From positions 1-64,000 of the forward strand of contig CAWHEP010000016.1 of NCBI GenBank assembly GCA_963828525.1: DNA of 64,000 nt. Reading direction: 5' to 3'. The DNA is from an uncultured Verrucomicrobiae bacterium. GTDB lineage: Bacteria; Verrucomicrobiota; Verrucomicrobiia; Chthoniobacterales; Chthoniobacteraceae. Both the position numbers and the translations under genes were made by a program. The notes under the pieces are model-generated. The model was not told the origin of the DNA and made no database searches. It saw nothing but the letters and a program-made list of their open reading frames with translations. This document shows, piece after piece, positions 8,791-20,353 of this stretch. The stretch's first letter is position 1. Each line of letters opens with the position of its first letter.

Positions 8791-9705
8791 GTGAATACGC
8801 GGCGTCTGAAATTCCTCAAGACTCTGCTCGGGGACACGTCAAGGAAGATTGACCAGGCCCCGGAACATCCCGTCCCGTCCGGCTGGGACTCAGCGGGGCT
8901 CACTGCCAGTTGGCTCGGACATGCGACTGTTCTGATGAAGTTGGATGGGGTGACCATCCTTACCGATCCCGTCCTGTTCTCCCGGTGCGGAATCAGGCTT
9001 GGGCCACTCACGGTGGGTCCGAAGCGCTATGTGGAATGCGCGCTGCGCCCGGAGGCTTTGCGCGGCGTGGATGTGATTCTTCTCTCGCACGCGCATATGG
9101 ACCACATGGATCTTCGTTCCCTCGAAGCGCTTCCTCGGTCTGCCATCGTAGTTACCGCGAGGGACACAGCCGATATCTTTCAAAAAATTCGCTTCCGGGA
9201 TGTGATAGAACTGGACTGGAATTCTGTCCGGGACGTTGTCACCCCGAAAGGGGCAGTGACGGTTTCAGCCTTTCACCTGCGGCACTGGGGAGCCCGTATG
9301 CGCAGCGACGACCATCGCGGGTATAATGCCTATGTTATTGAGCGGAGCGGCTTCCGCGTTTGCCACATGGGTGACACTGCAAACACGGATGCGGCCATTC
9401 TTGGGAGCCGAGGCGCCATCGACCTCATATTCGCGCCGATTGGAGCTTACAACCCATGGACGCGTTCGCACTGCACTCCTGAAGAGGCGGTCGCGATGAG
9501 TGACCAGGCGAAGGCGCATTACATCCTGCCAATCCACCATCAAACTTTCAAGCTTAGCGCCGAGCCAATGGGCGAGCCTATCTCCCGCTTTGTTGAGACG
9601 TTGACGCGCGCGCCTGAACGCGTGGCGCTCACCCGCATCGGGCAGACCTTTGCGCTCCCGCCTCGTGACCGCCACAATTATGATGGTTCCATCAGATCCA
9701 CCTAA
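8791..9705 (+). CDS. MBL-fold metallo-hydrolase (NAPE-PLD/UlaG-like)
   Basis: WLGHAT, LTDPV, SHAHMDH, GDT and PIGAY motifs; start uncertain (GTG 8791). Confidence 0.88.
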   Translation: MNTRRLKFLKTLLGDTSRKIDQAPEHPVPSGWDSAGLTASWLGHATVLMKLDGVTILTDPVLFSRCGIRLGPLTVGPKRYVECALRPEALRGVDVILLSHAHMDHMDLRSLEALPRSAIVVTARDTADIFQKIRFRDVIELDWNSVRDVVTPKGAVTVSAFHLRHWGARMRSDDHRGYNAYVIERSGFRVCHMGDTANTDAAILGSRGAIDLIFAPIGAYNPWTRSHCTPEEAVAMSDQAKAHYILPIHHQTFKLSAEPMGEPISRFVETLTRAPERVALTRIGQTFALPPRDRHNYDGSIRST

Positions 9706-9760
9706 TACGGGCGAAACTTTTGAGCTTACCGTTTGCCTGACTGCTGGTAAGATGGAGGGA

Positions 9761-11185
9761 ATGAGCAACTCCCCCACGCCAAATCTTTCATCCTATTCGC
9801 CGCTGGCGCCACCGCCATCATCTTCCATCACGTTCGTGTTATTCGCCACGGGCGTCACAGCCATCGGCGGCTTTCTGTTTGGATACGACACCGCCGTCAT
9901 CAATGGGGTCAACTCATACCTGAAGCTTCATATGAACCTCACGCCTGGCCAGGAGGGCCTCGCGGGAGCAAGCGCAATTCTCGGTTGTATTCCGGGGGCC
10001 ATGTTCGCCGGCTTCCTGAGCGACAGGTTCGGGCGCAAGAAAATGCTCTTTGTCTGCGCCTTTCTCTACGCGATTTCAGGCCTGCTGTCCGCCGTCTCAA
10101 TCACCTTCGATGAGTTTTTGATGGCGCGCGTAATCAGCGGCCTTGGCATAGGCGCGTCTTCCATGATTTGCCCGGTGTATATCGCGGAGATTGCTCCGCA
10201 AAGATGGCGCGGACGTCTCGGAACGCTTTTCCAGCTCGGCATCGTGACCGGCATTTTCATCACGCTCTTCGTGAACAGTTTCATCCAGGGCATCGGCGAT
10301 TCCGCCTGGAATGAAACGATGGGCTGGCGTTGGATGCTTGCCATGGAAGTGGTTCCCGCGATCCTCTTTATCGGTCTGCTGTTCGCGGTGCCTGAGAGCC
10401 CTCGCTGGCTCGCGCAGAACGGGCGCGAGTTGGAGGCTCGCGACGTGCTTGCAAAAGTGGATGGACCGGACCATGCCGCCAGTGAGATGGCAGCGATCAG
10501 CGAAGCGGCAGCCCATGTGGAAGGGCGCTTGTCTGAACTCTTCAGCGGAATCTATTCCAAGCCGCTCCTGCTAGCCGTCGTGCTCATGGCGTCCTCGCAA
10601 TTTTGCGGCATCAACGCAATCATGTACTACTCAACGAAAATTTTTGCCACTGCTGGCGGCAGCGCAAACTCAGCATTCGCCTCATCCGTCTGGGTGGGCC
10701 TCATCAACCTCATTTTCACCTTCGTTGCCATCGGGCTTGTGGATCGGGCAGGGCGGCGTCCGCTGCTTTTGGTAGGAACGGCGCTGCAAAGTCTCGCGCT
10801 CGGCATGGTTGGGTGGATGTTTCATACAGGCGCTAAAGGCCTTCCTTTGCTCCTTTGCGTCATCCTGTTTATCGCCGCGTTCGCCATGGCGATGGGGCCC
10901 ATCGGCTGGCTCTTCTGTTCCGAGATATTCCCCAACAAAGTGCGGGCCAAGGCCATGTCCATCGCTGCATTAACCGTATGGGTCTCCTGCTACATTGTCG
11001 CGCAGACGTTTCCCATGATGAATGACAACGCTGCCATCGGGCCGGCTATCACCTTCTGGATTTACGCGGGGGTTAGCGCGTTTTCGTTTCTCTTCATCCT
11101 GGCAAAAATTCCCGAGACCAAAGGTCGTGCCCTTGAGGAGATAGAGAAGATGTGGAGCGAGCCCGCGCCGATTCACGCAACGTGA
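9761..11185 (+). CDS. Sugar porter family MFS transporter
   Basis: GGFLFGYDTAVING, DRFGRK, PESPRWL and PETKG motifs. Confidence 0.95.
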   Translation: MSNSPTPNLSSYSPLAPPPSSSITFVLFATGVTAIGGFLFGYDTAVINGVNSYLKLHMNLTPGQEGLAGASAILGCIPGAMFAGFLSDRFGRKKMLFVCAFLYAISGLLSAVSITFDEFLMARVISGLGIGASSMICPVYIAEIAPQRWRGRLGTLFQLGIVTGIFITLFVNSFIQGIGDSAWNETMGWRWMLAMEVVPAILFIGLLFAVPESPRWLAQNGRELEARDVLAKVDGPDHAASEMAAISEAAAHVEGRLSELFSGIYSKPLLLAVVLMASSQFCGINAIMYYSTKIFATAGGSANSAFASSVWVGLINLIFTFVAIGLVDRAGRRPLLLVGTALQSLALGMVGWMFHTGAKGLPLLLCVILFIAAFAMAMGPIGWLFCSEIFPNKVRAKAMSIAALTVWVSCYIVAQTFPMMNDNAAIGPAITFWIYAGVSAFSFLFILAKIPETKGRALEEIEKMWSEPAPIHAT

Positions 11186-12135
11186 CGATCCTTGCTTGTG
11201 ACCTCGGGGGCACGCGCCTCAAGATTGGCGTCGTTCGGCAGGGCGTTGTGCTCGCGCAAACCGTAGAGCCAGCCAACTCGAAGCGCGGCCTGTCTCCGCA
11301 ACTGCCTCTCCTCAAGGCGGCGTGGCTTCGATTGCTTGCGTCGCTGGGACTGACCGCTGTGGAGTGCGCTGGAATCAGCATTGCTTTTCCCAGCCTGGTG
11401 AACCCGTTCTCGTCCATGGTGCTCGCGGAATACGGGAAGTTTTCCGATGCGGTGGGAATGGACCTAAGATCGTGGGCATGGCAGGAAATGAGGCTGCCTC
11501 TCGCGATAGAAAACGACGCTCGCATGGCGCTGGTTGGCGAATGGAATCATGGCGCGGGGCGGGGATCAGAAGACCTGGTGATGATGACGCTGGGAACAGG
11601 GCTCGGCACAGCGGCAATCATTGAAGGGCGTTTGCTGAGGGGAAAGCACTATCAGGCCGGCGTTCTCGGCGGACACATCACTGTCAGGTTTGACGGCCGG
11701 CTATGCGCGTGCGGCAACGTCGGCTGCGCCGAAACGGAGGCATCCACCGCCTGCCTTGCTGAGATGTCGAAGGCGAGTCCGAACTTTGACGGCAGCGCCC
11801 TTGCGCGCGAACCGGTTCTGGATTTCGCCGCGGTTTTTAAACAAGCGCGCGCAGGTGATGAGTGCGCCCTTGCCCTCCGCGATCATTCCATGCGAGTTTG
11901 GGCCTCCCTTGCCGTAAGTCTCGTCCATGCGTACGACCCGGAAAAAGTGATCCTCGGCGGAGGCGTCATGGCAAGCGGAGACGTAATTTTGCCCTTCATC
12001 CAGGATTATGTGCTGAGACACGCCAACGCGCCGCGAGGAAGCATGCCGGTCGCCGCTTCAGAACTTGGTGACGACGCCGCCTTGGTGGCTGGCGAATGGC
12101 TCCTCAAAGAACAATTTCCAAATCTCCAATTGTGA
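11182..12135 (+). CDS. ROK family sugar kinase
   Basis: DLGGT, ENDA, TLGTGLG and CACGNVGCAE motifs; GTG start overlaps the upstream stop. Confidence 0.92.
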   Translation: MTILACDLGGTRLKIGVVRQGVVLAQTVEPANSKRGLSPQLPLLKAAWLRLLASLGLTAVECAGISIAFPSLVNPFSSMVLAEYGKFSDAVGMDLRSWAWQEMRLPLAIENDARMALVGEWNHGAGRGSEDLVMMTLGTGLGTAAIIEGRLLRGKHYQAGVLGGHITVRFDGRLCACGNVGCAETEASTACLAEMSKASPNFDGSALAREPVLDFAAVFKQARAGDECALALRDHSMRVWASLAVSLVHAYDPEKVILGGGVMASGDVILPFIQDYVLRHANAPRGSMPVAASELGDDAALVAGEWLLKEQFPNLQL

Positions 12136-13889
12136 AAACGACCAGCTACGACAAATACCCCTGCGTGAGTGTCCCCGGCTTTGAAAACGCGTGCGCGCAA
12201 GGCTGGGAGGCGATTGCAGGCCGCCTTCAAGGCGCTGTGGATCGGCAGAATAAAAGCAAAGTGGTCGTTGTCGTGGAGTGCTACACCGGCGTGGATGAGA
12301 CGAATCTGATCGATGAACTCACGTCATGGTTGAAACCAGATTTTGTTTTTGCCGCAAGAGACGCGCTTCTCCCAGAAGCTTCGATCAACGCGCTTGTGGA
12401 GCCGTTTCTCGGGGACGGCGATCCTGTTTTTGGCTTCCTTTCAGGCCTCCAGATGCCCCAGTTCTTCGACCAGTCGTCGGTGGCGAAAGCCCGCGAGGAA
12501 ATCGCGGCCCTCGGGGATGGGCTGGCGCTCGTGATCGGTTGCGGAGCGAGTCTTCTCGCGGATGGCGACATCCTCGTGTACGCGGACCTCGCGAGGTGGG
12601 AGGCGCAGCTGCGTTTCCGTCGGAATGAATCCAGTAATTTTGGTGTGGAGAATCGCGCGCTCGCCGCGAGTCTGCAGTATAAGCGCGCTTTTTTTGTGGA
12701 CTGGCGTGTATGTGACAGCTGGAAGCGCCCCCTTATTGCCAGGTGGGATTTTGTTTTGGATACCAACAATCCAGGCGAGCCGAAGCTGGCCGACGGCGAG
12801 GCCGTTCGGGCGGGCCTGCGACAGGCGGTGACGCAGCCCTTCCGGGTCGTGCCGCTCTTCGATCCCGCGCCATGGGGCGGCCAATGGATGAAAGAATTTT
12901 GCAATCTGGACACCGAGGCAAAAAACTACGGCTGGTGTTTTGACGGTGTGCCGGAGGAAAACAGCCTGCTGCTCCTTTTTGGTGATGCAAGAATTGAGAT
13001 TCCATCCATCAACCTGGTATTCGATCAGCCTCGCGCTTTGTTGGGAGACGCTGTTCACGCGCGGTTCGGTGATGAATTCCCCATCCGCTTTGACTTCCTC
13101 GATACCATGGGCGGTGGAAATCTTTCATTCCAGGTGCATCCACTCACCGAATACATCCAGCGCCATTTTGGGATGCACTACACACAAGACGAAAGTTACT
13201 ACATGCTGGACGCGGGGCCGGACGCCCGCGTGTATCTAGGGCTTAAAACGGGTGTTGATCCCCTGGAGATGATGCGCGACCTGGAGGCCGCGCAAAAGGG
13301 CGGCGCGCCTTTCCAGGCGGAGAAGCATGCCAATTCATTCCCAGCGCGGAAGCACGATCACTTCCTGATTCCGGCGGGTACCGTGCATTGCAGCGGCGCG
13401 GAATCCATGGTGCTGGAAATCAGCGCGACGCCATACATCTTCACGTTCAAGATGTGGGACTGGGGTCGTCTGGGCCTGGATGGCAAACCTCGGCCGATTC
13501 ATCTCTGTCACGGCGCCGCGAATATCCAATGGGACCGCACTACCGAATGGACGCAAGATAATCTCGTCAACTGTGTCCAGTCAGTAGCAAGCGGAGACGG
13601 GTGGCGTGAGGAACGCACCGGTTTGCACGAGCGCGAGTTCATCGAAACTCGGCGGCATTGGTTTACAAAGGCGGTGCCGCATCATACACGCGGCGGCGTC
13701 AACATGCTGAATCTTGTTGAAGGCGCGGAAGCGATTGTCGAAAGCCCGGGCGGCTCATTCGAGCCGTTCGTCGTGCATTATGCTGAGACCTTCATTATAC
13801 CAGCGGCTGTGGGAGAATACGTCATCCGCCCACACGGGCCCGGGGTTGGGCATGAATGCGCGACCATGAAAGCTTTCGTAAGGACATAG
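12132..13889 (+). CDS. Class I mannose-6-phosphate isomerase-like cupin with a long N-terminal domain
   Basis: PWGGQW, LSFQVHP, QDESYY and IPAGTVH motifs; GTG start overlaps the ROK stop. Confidence 0.85.
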   Translation: MKTTSYDKYPCVSVPGFENACAQGWEAIAGRLQGAVDRQNKSKVVVVVECYTGVDETNLIDELTSWLKPDFVFAARDALLPEASINALVEPFLGDGDPVFGFLSGLQMPQFFDQSSVAKAREEIAALGDGLALVIGCGASLLADGDILVYADLARWEAQLRFRRNESSNFGVENRALAASLQYKRAFFVDWRVCDSWKRPLIARWDFVLDTNNPGEPKLADGEAVRAGLRQAVTQPFRVVPLFDPAPWGGQWMKEFCNLDTEAKNYGWCFDGVPEENSLLLLFGDARIEIPSINLVFDQPRALLGDAVHARFGDEFPIRFDFLDTMGGGNLSFQVHPLTEYIQRHFGMHYTQDESYYMLDAGPDARVYLGLKTGVDPLEMMRDLEAAQKGGAPFQAEKHANSFPARKHDHFLIPAGTVHCSGAESMVLEISATPYIFTFKMWDWGRLGLDGKPRPIHLCHGAANIQWDRTTEWTQDNLVNCVQSVASGDGWREERTGLHEREFIETRRHWFTKAVPHHTRGGVNMLNLVEGAEAIVESPGGSFEPFVVHYAETFIIPAAVGEYVIRPHGPGVGHECATMKAFVRT

Positions 13890-13926
13890 AGTCAGAACTG
13901 AAGGTACCAGGATGGCATGCGCAAAG

Positions 13927-15060
13927 CTACCTGAGGAACATCTTCTGGATTGGGAGCGCGAGAGCCAGAATACCCGAAAACCAACAGATCCTTCCGACCC
14001 ACAAGCGTTCGAATTGAGGGAACTTTTTGCATTCCTGCAACAGCAGGGCCAGGACAAGGATCACTCCCAGAAGTCCGCACGCAAATCCAAAGGTCGCTCC
14101 CATAAGATTTTGGGTGGTTTGCTCGCCGCCCGCCCAACGAATTTGTTGGAGATCGTGACAGGTGTTGGGAATGCCTGCTCCGATCGCGATCAGCACAATC
14201 CAATGCCAGTTCCCAGGGCGTTTTGCACCCATGACGCCGAGAAGGAATATGGGAATGCCGAGGAGAATCTCGGGTATCTCCCAGTGAAGCTTTAGATGTG
14301 GGCTCCCAGTCGAAAAGCATAGTATTGCCCACTCCGCCGCAATGAGCGCCACGGCGGTGAAGGATCTTCGCGGTTTGGCGACAGCAAGAAGGATGATGCT
14401 CATGAGGAGCCAATTGGAGTTTACCCAGGCAGTCCGCAGTTCGGACTTGAACAGAACGATCGCTTTCGAATTCGTGACGGGCAGGGAGTGATTTACCGAG
14501 CCGGTTTCCTCGTAAACAATTGTCGTCGGAAACGTGCCTTGATGAGCAACCAAATTTCCGGTGACAACCTTTTCAGCGTGACCAAGGGGAACTATTTCAT
14601 AGTTGATCATCGCGGTTGCCGGAAGATAATGCAGAACGGGTGCCCTTATCTCCAAATGGCCCCCCCGCTTACCGCGAAAGAGCAGGGTAACGGTGCATAC
14701 TTTATTCGGTGAAACAGTCAGCCCCGCGATTTTTTCCGGCTGGATGGCCTTGCCGTCGATGTGGAGGTCGAACGCGACAGAAATGATGTCGGAGATGTTC
14801 TCGTAGATGGCGGGGCTTTGATCCAGAACGATCGTTTTCCCCTGTTTTTCCTTCAAATCGAACCGCGGCGGGAAATCTACGTAGTAGAAACTCCACTGGA
14901 AACTCAGGAAGTCGCCCTGATCAACAATCATCAAGGTTTGCAAAGTAGACGCGGGATCAGCCGATACATTGCAGCCCAGGCTGAGGAGCACGAGAAACGC
15001 GGCTAGAAGTGCGCAGCGTCGCTTTCGAAAAGACGCGCCCCGTCCGGACATGAAGTTCAT
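13927..15060 (-). CDS. Hypothetical membrane protein (signal peptide, soluble domain, about 6 C-terminal TM helices; HupE/UreJ-like layout)
   Basis: Hydrophobicity pattern. The upstream part of the listed 591-aa ORF is the antisense shadow of the GH gene. Confidence 0.6.
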   Translation of the reverse strand: MNFMSGRGASFRKRRCALLAAFLVLLSLGCNVSADPASTLQTLMIVDQGDFLSFQWSFYYVDFPPRFDLKEKQGKTIVLDQSPAIYENISDIISVAFDLHIDGKAIQPEKIAGLTVSPNKVCTVTLLFRGKRGGHLEIRAPVLHYLPATAMINYEIVPLGHAEKVVTGNLVAHQGTFPTTIVYEETGSVNHSLPVTNSKAIVLFKSELRTAWVNSNWLLMSIILLAVAKPRRSFTAVALIAAEWAILCFSTGSPHLKLHWEIPEILLGIPIFLLGVMGAKRPGNWHWIVLIAIGAGIPNTCHDLQQIRWAGGEQTTQNLMGATFGFACGLLGVILVLALLLQECKKFPQFERLWVGRICWFSGILALALPIQKMFLR

Positions 15061-15156
15061 TGACGCCCGCGCAGGACACGGTGAAAAAGAAAGGGTGTAG
15101 AACGATGCGACCTCGTTTCGCCGATTAACCCCAGGCGTCGCGCTCCCCTGAATACG

Positions 15157-16608
15157 ATGAAACTTCCACTCCTCTTGCTCGCGGTTCTTGCCACATTCAC
15201 TGTCGGCGCTTCTTCGCAAACCTCCCCTTCGGGAAATGCCCAAGCGTCTCCCAGTCGTGTCGCGGTGGATTGGCGCTGGGTGCATGGGGCGGTGTTCGTC
15301 CCTACGAACTGCGTGAATGAAGCACAGGAATGGGATGAATATAATCCGGAAATCAATGATCGGGAGCTCCACTACGCCTCCGTCTACGGCATCAATTGCG
15401 TTCGTGTCTTTCTGCATTACCTCATCTACGAAAAGAAAAAAGACGTCTTTCTCCACGAGATCGAGGACTTCCTTGCCCGCGCCGACAAGTATCACATCAA
15501 AGTCGAGTTTGTTTTCTTTGATTCCTGTTGGAACAACCCCCCAGAGGAAATCCTGTCGCAGAACTACGTTTATCCCGCTCCCATTTACGGGACGCATAAC
15601 AGCCGGTGGCTGAAATGTCCCAGTGAAGACCTTCTCAAGAACCACTACCTCGAGAAAAAGAGCAGTCTCCAGGCTTACATACAGGATGTCGTGAAAGCGC
15701 ATCTCAACGACCCGAGGATCGCTTTTTGGGAAACTTTCAATGAGCCTAATGGGCAGCTCGCGTCAGGACTCATGGCGGACGCGCTGCAATGGATTCATGA
15801 CACCGGCACCCGCATTCCGGTGACAGCAACCGGCGGTGGATTCCCAGGCAGCGCGTACTCCGACTTTGAGTCTTGGCATCAGTATGGCGGCTCCTGCCCG
15901 CTTCCGAAGGATCCGGAATTCACCCTCTGCACGGAGTGCATGAACCGCGGGGGACAATCGGTGCCAAGCGTGGTCAGTCACTACATGGGCAAAGCAGGCT
16001 TCATCATGTGGGAGTTCGGCATTGGGAGGGATAACTGCCGCTTTAGTTGGGAGCAGACGGGCAGCAAAGCGGCGAAGGGCGAAAATGACGTTCCTTTTCA
16101 CGGCGTGGTTTTCCCGGATGGTCATCCCTGGTCGCTGGATGATGTAAGAGCATTACTTGGCTCGTATGCCTTCTCCAAAGCCCCTCTCTTCAAAGTGACT
16201 TACTTCCTTGATCCCACCTTCACAACGCCTGGTAAGGAGTCCGTAACGCCCGCCATAGACTTCGATCTCAATTCCGAGAAAGGAACGGACGTGCCCGATA
16301 GCACCATTAAGATGCCTAGGAATGATTGGTCGGTTCGCTGGACAGGCTCGATCTCTCCGCCAAGCGATGGGGCGTCCAAGATCATTGTGGATGGGGACAA
16401 CAAGGTGAAGGTCGCCATCGATGGGCAGACGGTCATCGACAAGACACAGCCCCAGCGCGCGGTTGTGAGCGGCAAGGTGATGCTCGCGGCCGGTAAACTC
16501 ACCTCTGTCCGGATTGACTATGTCCATGCCTCAGGCCTTTCAAGCCTGCATGTTTACTGGGAAGCGCCGGGGCAGAAAAAGCAGCCTCTCGCTGCCGCGG
16601 CGCAATAG
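15157..16608 (+). CDS. Secreted clan GH-A glycoside hydrolase (GH5-like) with C-terminal PA14 domain
   Basis: Signal peptide, GINCVRVFL, WETFNEP, CTECM; PA14-like WSVRWTG...LHVYW. Confidence 0.8.
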   Translation: MKLPLLLLAVLATFTVGASSQTSPSGNAQASPSRVAVDWRWVHGAVFVPTNCVNEAQEWDEYNPEINDRELHYASVYGINCVRVFLHYLIYEKKKDVFLHEIEDFLARADKYHIKVEFVFFDSCWNNPPEEILSQNYVYPAPIYGTHNSRWLKCPSEDLLKNHYLEKKSSLQAYIQDVVKAHLNDPRIAFWETFNEPNGQLASGLMADALQWIHDTGTRIPVTATGGGFPGSAYSDFESWHQYGGSCPLPKDPEFTLCTECMNRGGQSVPSVVSHYMGKAGFIMWEFGIGRDNCRFSWEQTGSKAAKGENDVPFHGVVFPDGHPWSLDDVRALLGSYAFSKAPLFKVTYFLDPTFTTPGKESVTPAIDFDLNSEKGTDVPDSTIKMPRNDWSVRWTGSISPPSDGASKIIVDGDNKVKVAIDGQTVIDKTQPQRAVVSGKVMLAAGKLTSVRIDYVHASGLSSLHVYWEAPGQKKQPLAAAAQ

Positions 16609-16621
16609 GAAGTTGCTTCTC

Positions 16622-17722
16622 ATGGACGCCACAATGCTTCCCACCGATGTGTATTTCGGCTCTTACACACATCCTCTCTCTTTCGTCCCTGAGGCCCGTG
16701 GGTCTGGAATCGTTGCATGCCGTTTCGACCCGGCGAGTGGGCATCTCGAACAAAGGCAGGTCGTAGGCGGTATCATCAACCCTTCCTACCTGGCCATGGA
16801 TGACTCTGGCACTCATCTCCTCGCCGTTTCTGAGGATGTTGATACGGAAGGCGCGGTGTGGGTCCTGCGCCGGGAAAAGAGCGGCGCGCTTTCACGCGTA
16901 AGCTCCCGTCCGTCGGGAGGGCGGGCCACCTGTCATGTCCATGTAACGGCTGCGGGCATCGCCTGCGCGACTTCCTATGAGGATGGAACGCTCGCCGTTT
17001 ACTCGTTCAAGGACGGCATCGTCGGCCCGCAGGTGGAGATATTTCGTTACGTAGGGAACGGCGCGAACGCCGAGCGGCAGGCTTCATCCCATGCGCACCA
17101 CGCCACCGTTTCACCTGACCTCCGCTGGCTCTACGTTTGCGACCTCGGGGCGGACCGGATCTGGTGTCATCCTATTTCAGAGGGCAACGTGCTACCCGCG
17201 CTTCCGCATTCGACCGCCACCCCGGCAGGCTCTGGCCCGCGCCACCTGTGTTTCCACCGCAGCCTTTCCCGACTCTATGTCGTCTGTGAGTTGAATGCTC
17301 ATGTCCTGACATACGATTGGGATCCTCGCGCTGGAGAACTCACTTTCGTGGATGAACAGGCCAGTCTTCCCGGGCATTGGGATGGAGAGCCTTCCGCGGC
17401 GGCAATCCGCATCCATCCTTACGCGCCCGCGTTGTACGTTTCGAACAGAATTCATGACTCGCTAACGGTATTTCGCCTCGATGAGGCGGGACATCCCACG
17501 CTGGCCTCCTGCGTTCCCTCGGGGGGCGAGAGTCCGCGGGATTTTGATATCGACCCTTCAGGCGCCTGGATGCTGGTGGTGAATCACCGGTCAAACACAG
17601 TGGCCATTCATTCTCTGGATCGCGAGACGGGCTTGTCCAACGGACGCCCCCCCGAGCTGTTTTCAATCCCTACTCCGACATGCGTCCTCTTCGCCTCGCG
17701 CCAACTTGAGGGGGAGGACTAA
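16622..17722 (+). CDS. Lactonase family protein (6-phosphogluconolactonase/YbhE-like beta-propeller)
   Basis: GSYT, NPSYL, HAH, DLGAD, GPRH and PRDF motifs. Confidence 0.9.
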   Translation: MDATMLPTDVYFGSYTHPLSFVPEARGSGIVACRFDPASGHLEQRQVVGGIINPSYLAMDDSGTHLLAVSEDVDTEGAVWVLRREKSGALSRVSSRPSGGRATCHVHVTAAGIACATSYEDGTLAVYSFKDGIVGPQVEIFRYVGNGANAERQASSHAHHATVSPDLRWLYVCDLGADRIWCHPISEGNVLPALPHSTATPAGSGPRHLCFHRSLSRLYVVCELNAHVLTYDWDPRAGELTFVDEQASLPGHWDGEPSAAAIRIHPYAPALYVSNRIHDSLTVFRLDEAGHPTLASCVPSGGESPRDFDIDPSGAWMLVVNHRSNTVAIHSLDRETGLSNGRPPELFSIPTPTCVLFASRQLEGED

Positions 17723-17723
17723 A

Positions 17724-20353
17724 TCAGCGTCCAGTAGGCGAAGCATAAGGCGAGGGGGCGCCGATTCCCGGCAGCGCCAAGGTATAGTCCTGGGTTAGCC
17801 GCACCTCCGCTGACGCGCGCGGGTCGCGCGACGAATCGCAGAATTCCAGAGTGTAGGAGCCCGCATCCGCCTTCCAGCGCTTCCCGGCGACATCGCAGTA
17901 GACCAGGTCTTTCGCCCCCAGAAGAAAAACCGCTTCCTTCGTCTCCCCGGGCTGCACATCAATGCGCGAGAAGCCTTTGAGTTCGCGTAGAGGCCGGTCA
18001 ATCTTTGGCTCGTTCGCTCTGATGTAGAGTTGCACTACTTCCGCTCCGACGCGCTGCCCGGTGTTTGTGACGTCCACTGTGACTCTGATTTCGCCCGTGG
18101 ATGACATCGTTGCCATGGACACCGCAGGCTTGGACATGAGGAATGTCGTGTAAGAGAGTCCGAAGCCGAAAGGGAAGCTTGGTTCAGTCTTGTTCTTGTC
18201 GAAAAAGCGGTAGCCCACGTAGATGCCTTCTGAGTAATCAACGATGCCATCCTTGAGGCCCTTGCCCGGATCGAAAGTTCCGCGGCGAATTGGATAACGC
18301 CCGAAATCTGAATAGTCCTTTCTGGACTTGCCCATGGTGTAAACAAGCTTTCCTGATGGATTAACGTCTCCGAAGAGTATTTGCGCCAGAGCCGTTCCTC
18401 CCGCTTGGCCAGGAAACCACGCTTCGATCAACGCGGGGACGTGATCAATCCAGTCGGAGACAAGGACAGGGCCACCGTTGTTCAGCACGACTATGGTTCT
18501 TGGATTCGCCGCGGAAACCGCGCGGATTAGCTCATTTTGAACGCCGGGTAAATCCATGCTTTGCCGGTCCGAATCCTCTGCTTCGCCACCTGACCCAACC
18601 ATGACCACCGCCGCGTCAGCCTGCCGGGCCGCTTGCGCGGCATCAGCAAATAGATTCTCGCCCGGCGTCAGCCACGTCCATCGGAGCCCTTCATGATCGC
18701 CCATCGCGATATACTCGATGCGCGCCCGGTAGTTCTGTCCGGCGACGAGATCAACCTTGCCTCGCGTCGCGCCGCCGTCCGAACCCGGCCACGTGTCCAG
18801 TATTGGCTGCTCGTCGATGAACAGCCGGGCTCCGGACTGCGCTTCGATATCCATCCGGTATGTCCCGGTCATCGGAGCTGTGAGCGTCCCCTTCCAGCGG
18901 GCGCAAAAGCGTCCGCGTTTTAGAGGAGCGGGCAACGCGCCATTGTTGCTAAAGTTGAAGTCCAATACAGCGTCGAGCCGTGTGGCGGCGGGCTTCGCCG
19001 TGAAGTCATATCCGGCGAAATACTCTCCGGTCATACCCGGCCCCGTGCCGACGGCCGGGGCCAGCACCGATGCGGGAACCAGGTTCCCGGTATAATGCGA
19101 TTCGCACCCCGCGGTGTATGTTACCGAAACACCTTTTCCGGCGCGTGTGACGATCCCATCAAAAGCGCTGACAAACTGTACAGGCCTTACCGCAGCGCTG
19201 CCGCCCGTCCCCATTTGCCAGCTCTTGCAGGCAGGTCCGACCATTGCGATGGAATGGATCTTCCCGGCGCTGAGCGGAAGCAACTGGTTCTGGTTTTTCA
19301 GCAGCACGATGCCTTCCTCCGCGGCTTGCAGCGCAAGCTTCTGATGCTCGGGAGAGTTGATCTGAGCGGGGTCCGGCTTCGCTGGCGGCCCATCCATCAG
19401 CCCGACTCGAATGATCGTCCGTATGATCCGCCTTGCGGCATCATCAACATTTTCTTGCGAGACGTCGCCATTCTTCATTGCCTCGCCTAACATGCGAGGC
19501 GTCATTTGCCGCCCGCCCGGCATCTCCAGGTCGCATCCCCCGTTGATGGCTAGAGGGCTGTGAACACCGCCCCAGTCGGACATGAGCACTCCATCAAAAC
19601 CTGTCTCCTTCTTGAGTATCTGCTTTTGCAGATACCAGTTTGCGCTCGCGAAAGAACCGTTCACCTGATTGTAGGAGGACATGATCGCCCATACTCCGGC
19701 TTCCGCGCCGCCGCGACGAACGCGGGCGTGTAGATTTCCCGCAACGCCCGCTCGTCCACGCGCTCGTCAATGGAGCGCCTCTCGAACTCCTGGCTGTTGC
19801 ACGCGTAGTGCTTCACACACGCGGAGCAACCGGTGGCCTGCACACCTTTGATATAGGCCACTGCCATTCGCGAGGTAAGGAAGGGATCCTCGCTTAGATA
19901 CTCCCCGTTCCGTCCGCCAAGAGGGCAATGGATGATATTAACGCCAGGCCCGAGAAGAACCTGGGCTCCCGGCCCTTTATTCAGGGCTTCGATCCCGATC
20001 CCGCGCCCGATTTCCGCCGCGAGCTGGGTGTCCCACGTACCTCCCAACAGAACACCCGATGTAAAGAGAGTCGCAGGTCCGCCGCGTTCTTTTCCCCAGC
20101 CGCGAACTCCTTGGGAAGCGTCCACCATTACAAGCGGAGGAACCCCCAATCTTGGCACAGGCTGGGTGGTGAAGCCCGCCCCGCTCAGCAGGCTCAACCG
20201 CTCGTCCGGCGTCATCGCGCTGAATAGCGAATCGACCCTTTTCTCCAGTGATGCTTTCGGATCTTTGTAAATCGGGTTCTCTTCGGCAAAGCCGGCGCTC
20301 GATGCCATGCACAGGGCCAGAGCGACAGCGGCGAAGCGATAAGGATTTAACAA
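17724..20353 (-). CDS. GH3 beta-glucosidase with PA14 insert; split by a frameshift near 19700
   Basis: N-part has GGRNGEYLSEDP and KHY; C-part has MSDWG, a PA14 domain, YSEGIYVGYR and an Fn3-like domain; start uncertain. Confidence 0.88.

Noticed and set aside
15061..15702. N-terminal extension of the 591-aa minus-strand ORF
   Set aside because: It is mostly the antisense shadow of the GH5-like gene; the plausible protein starts near 15060.
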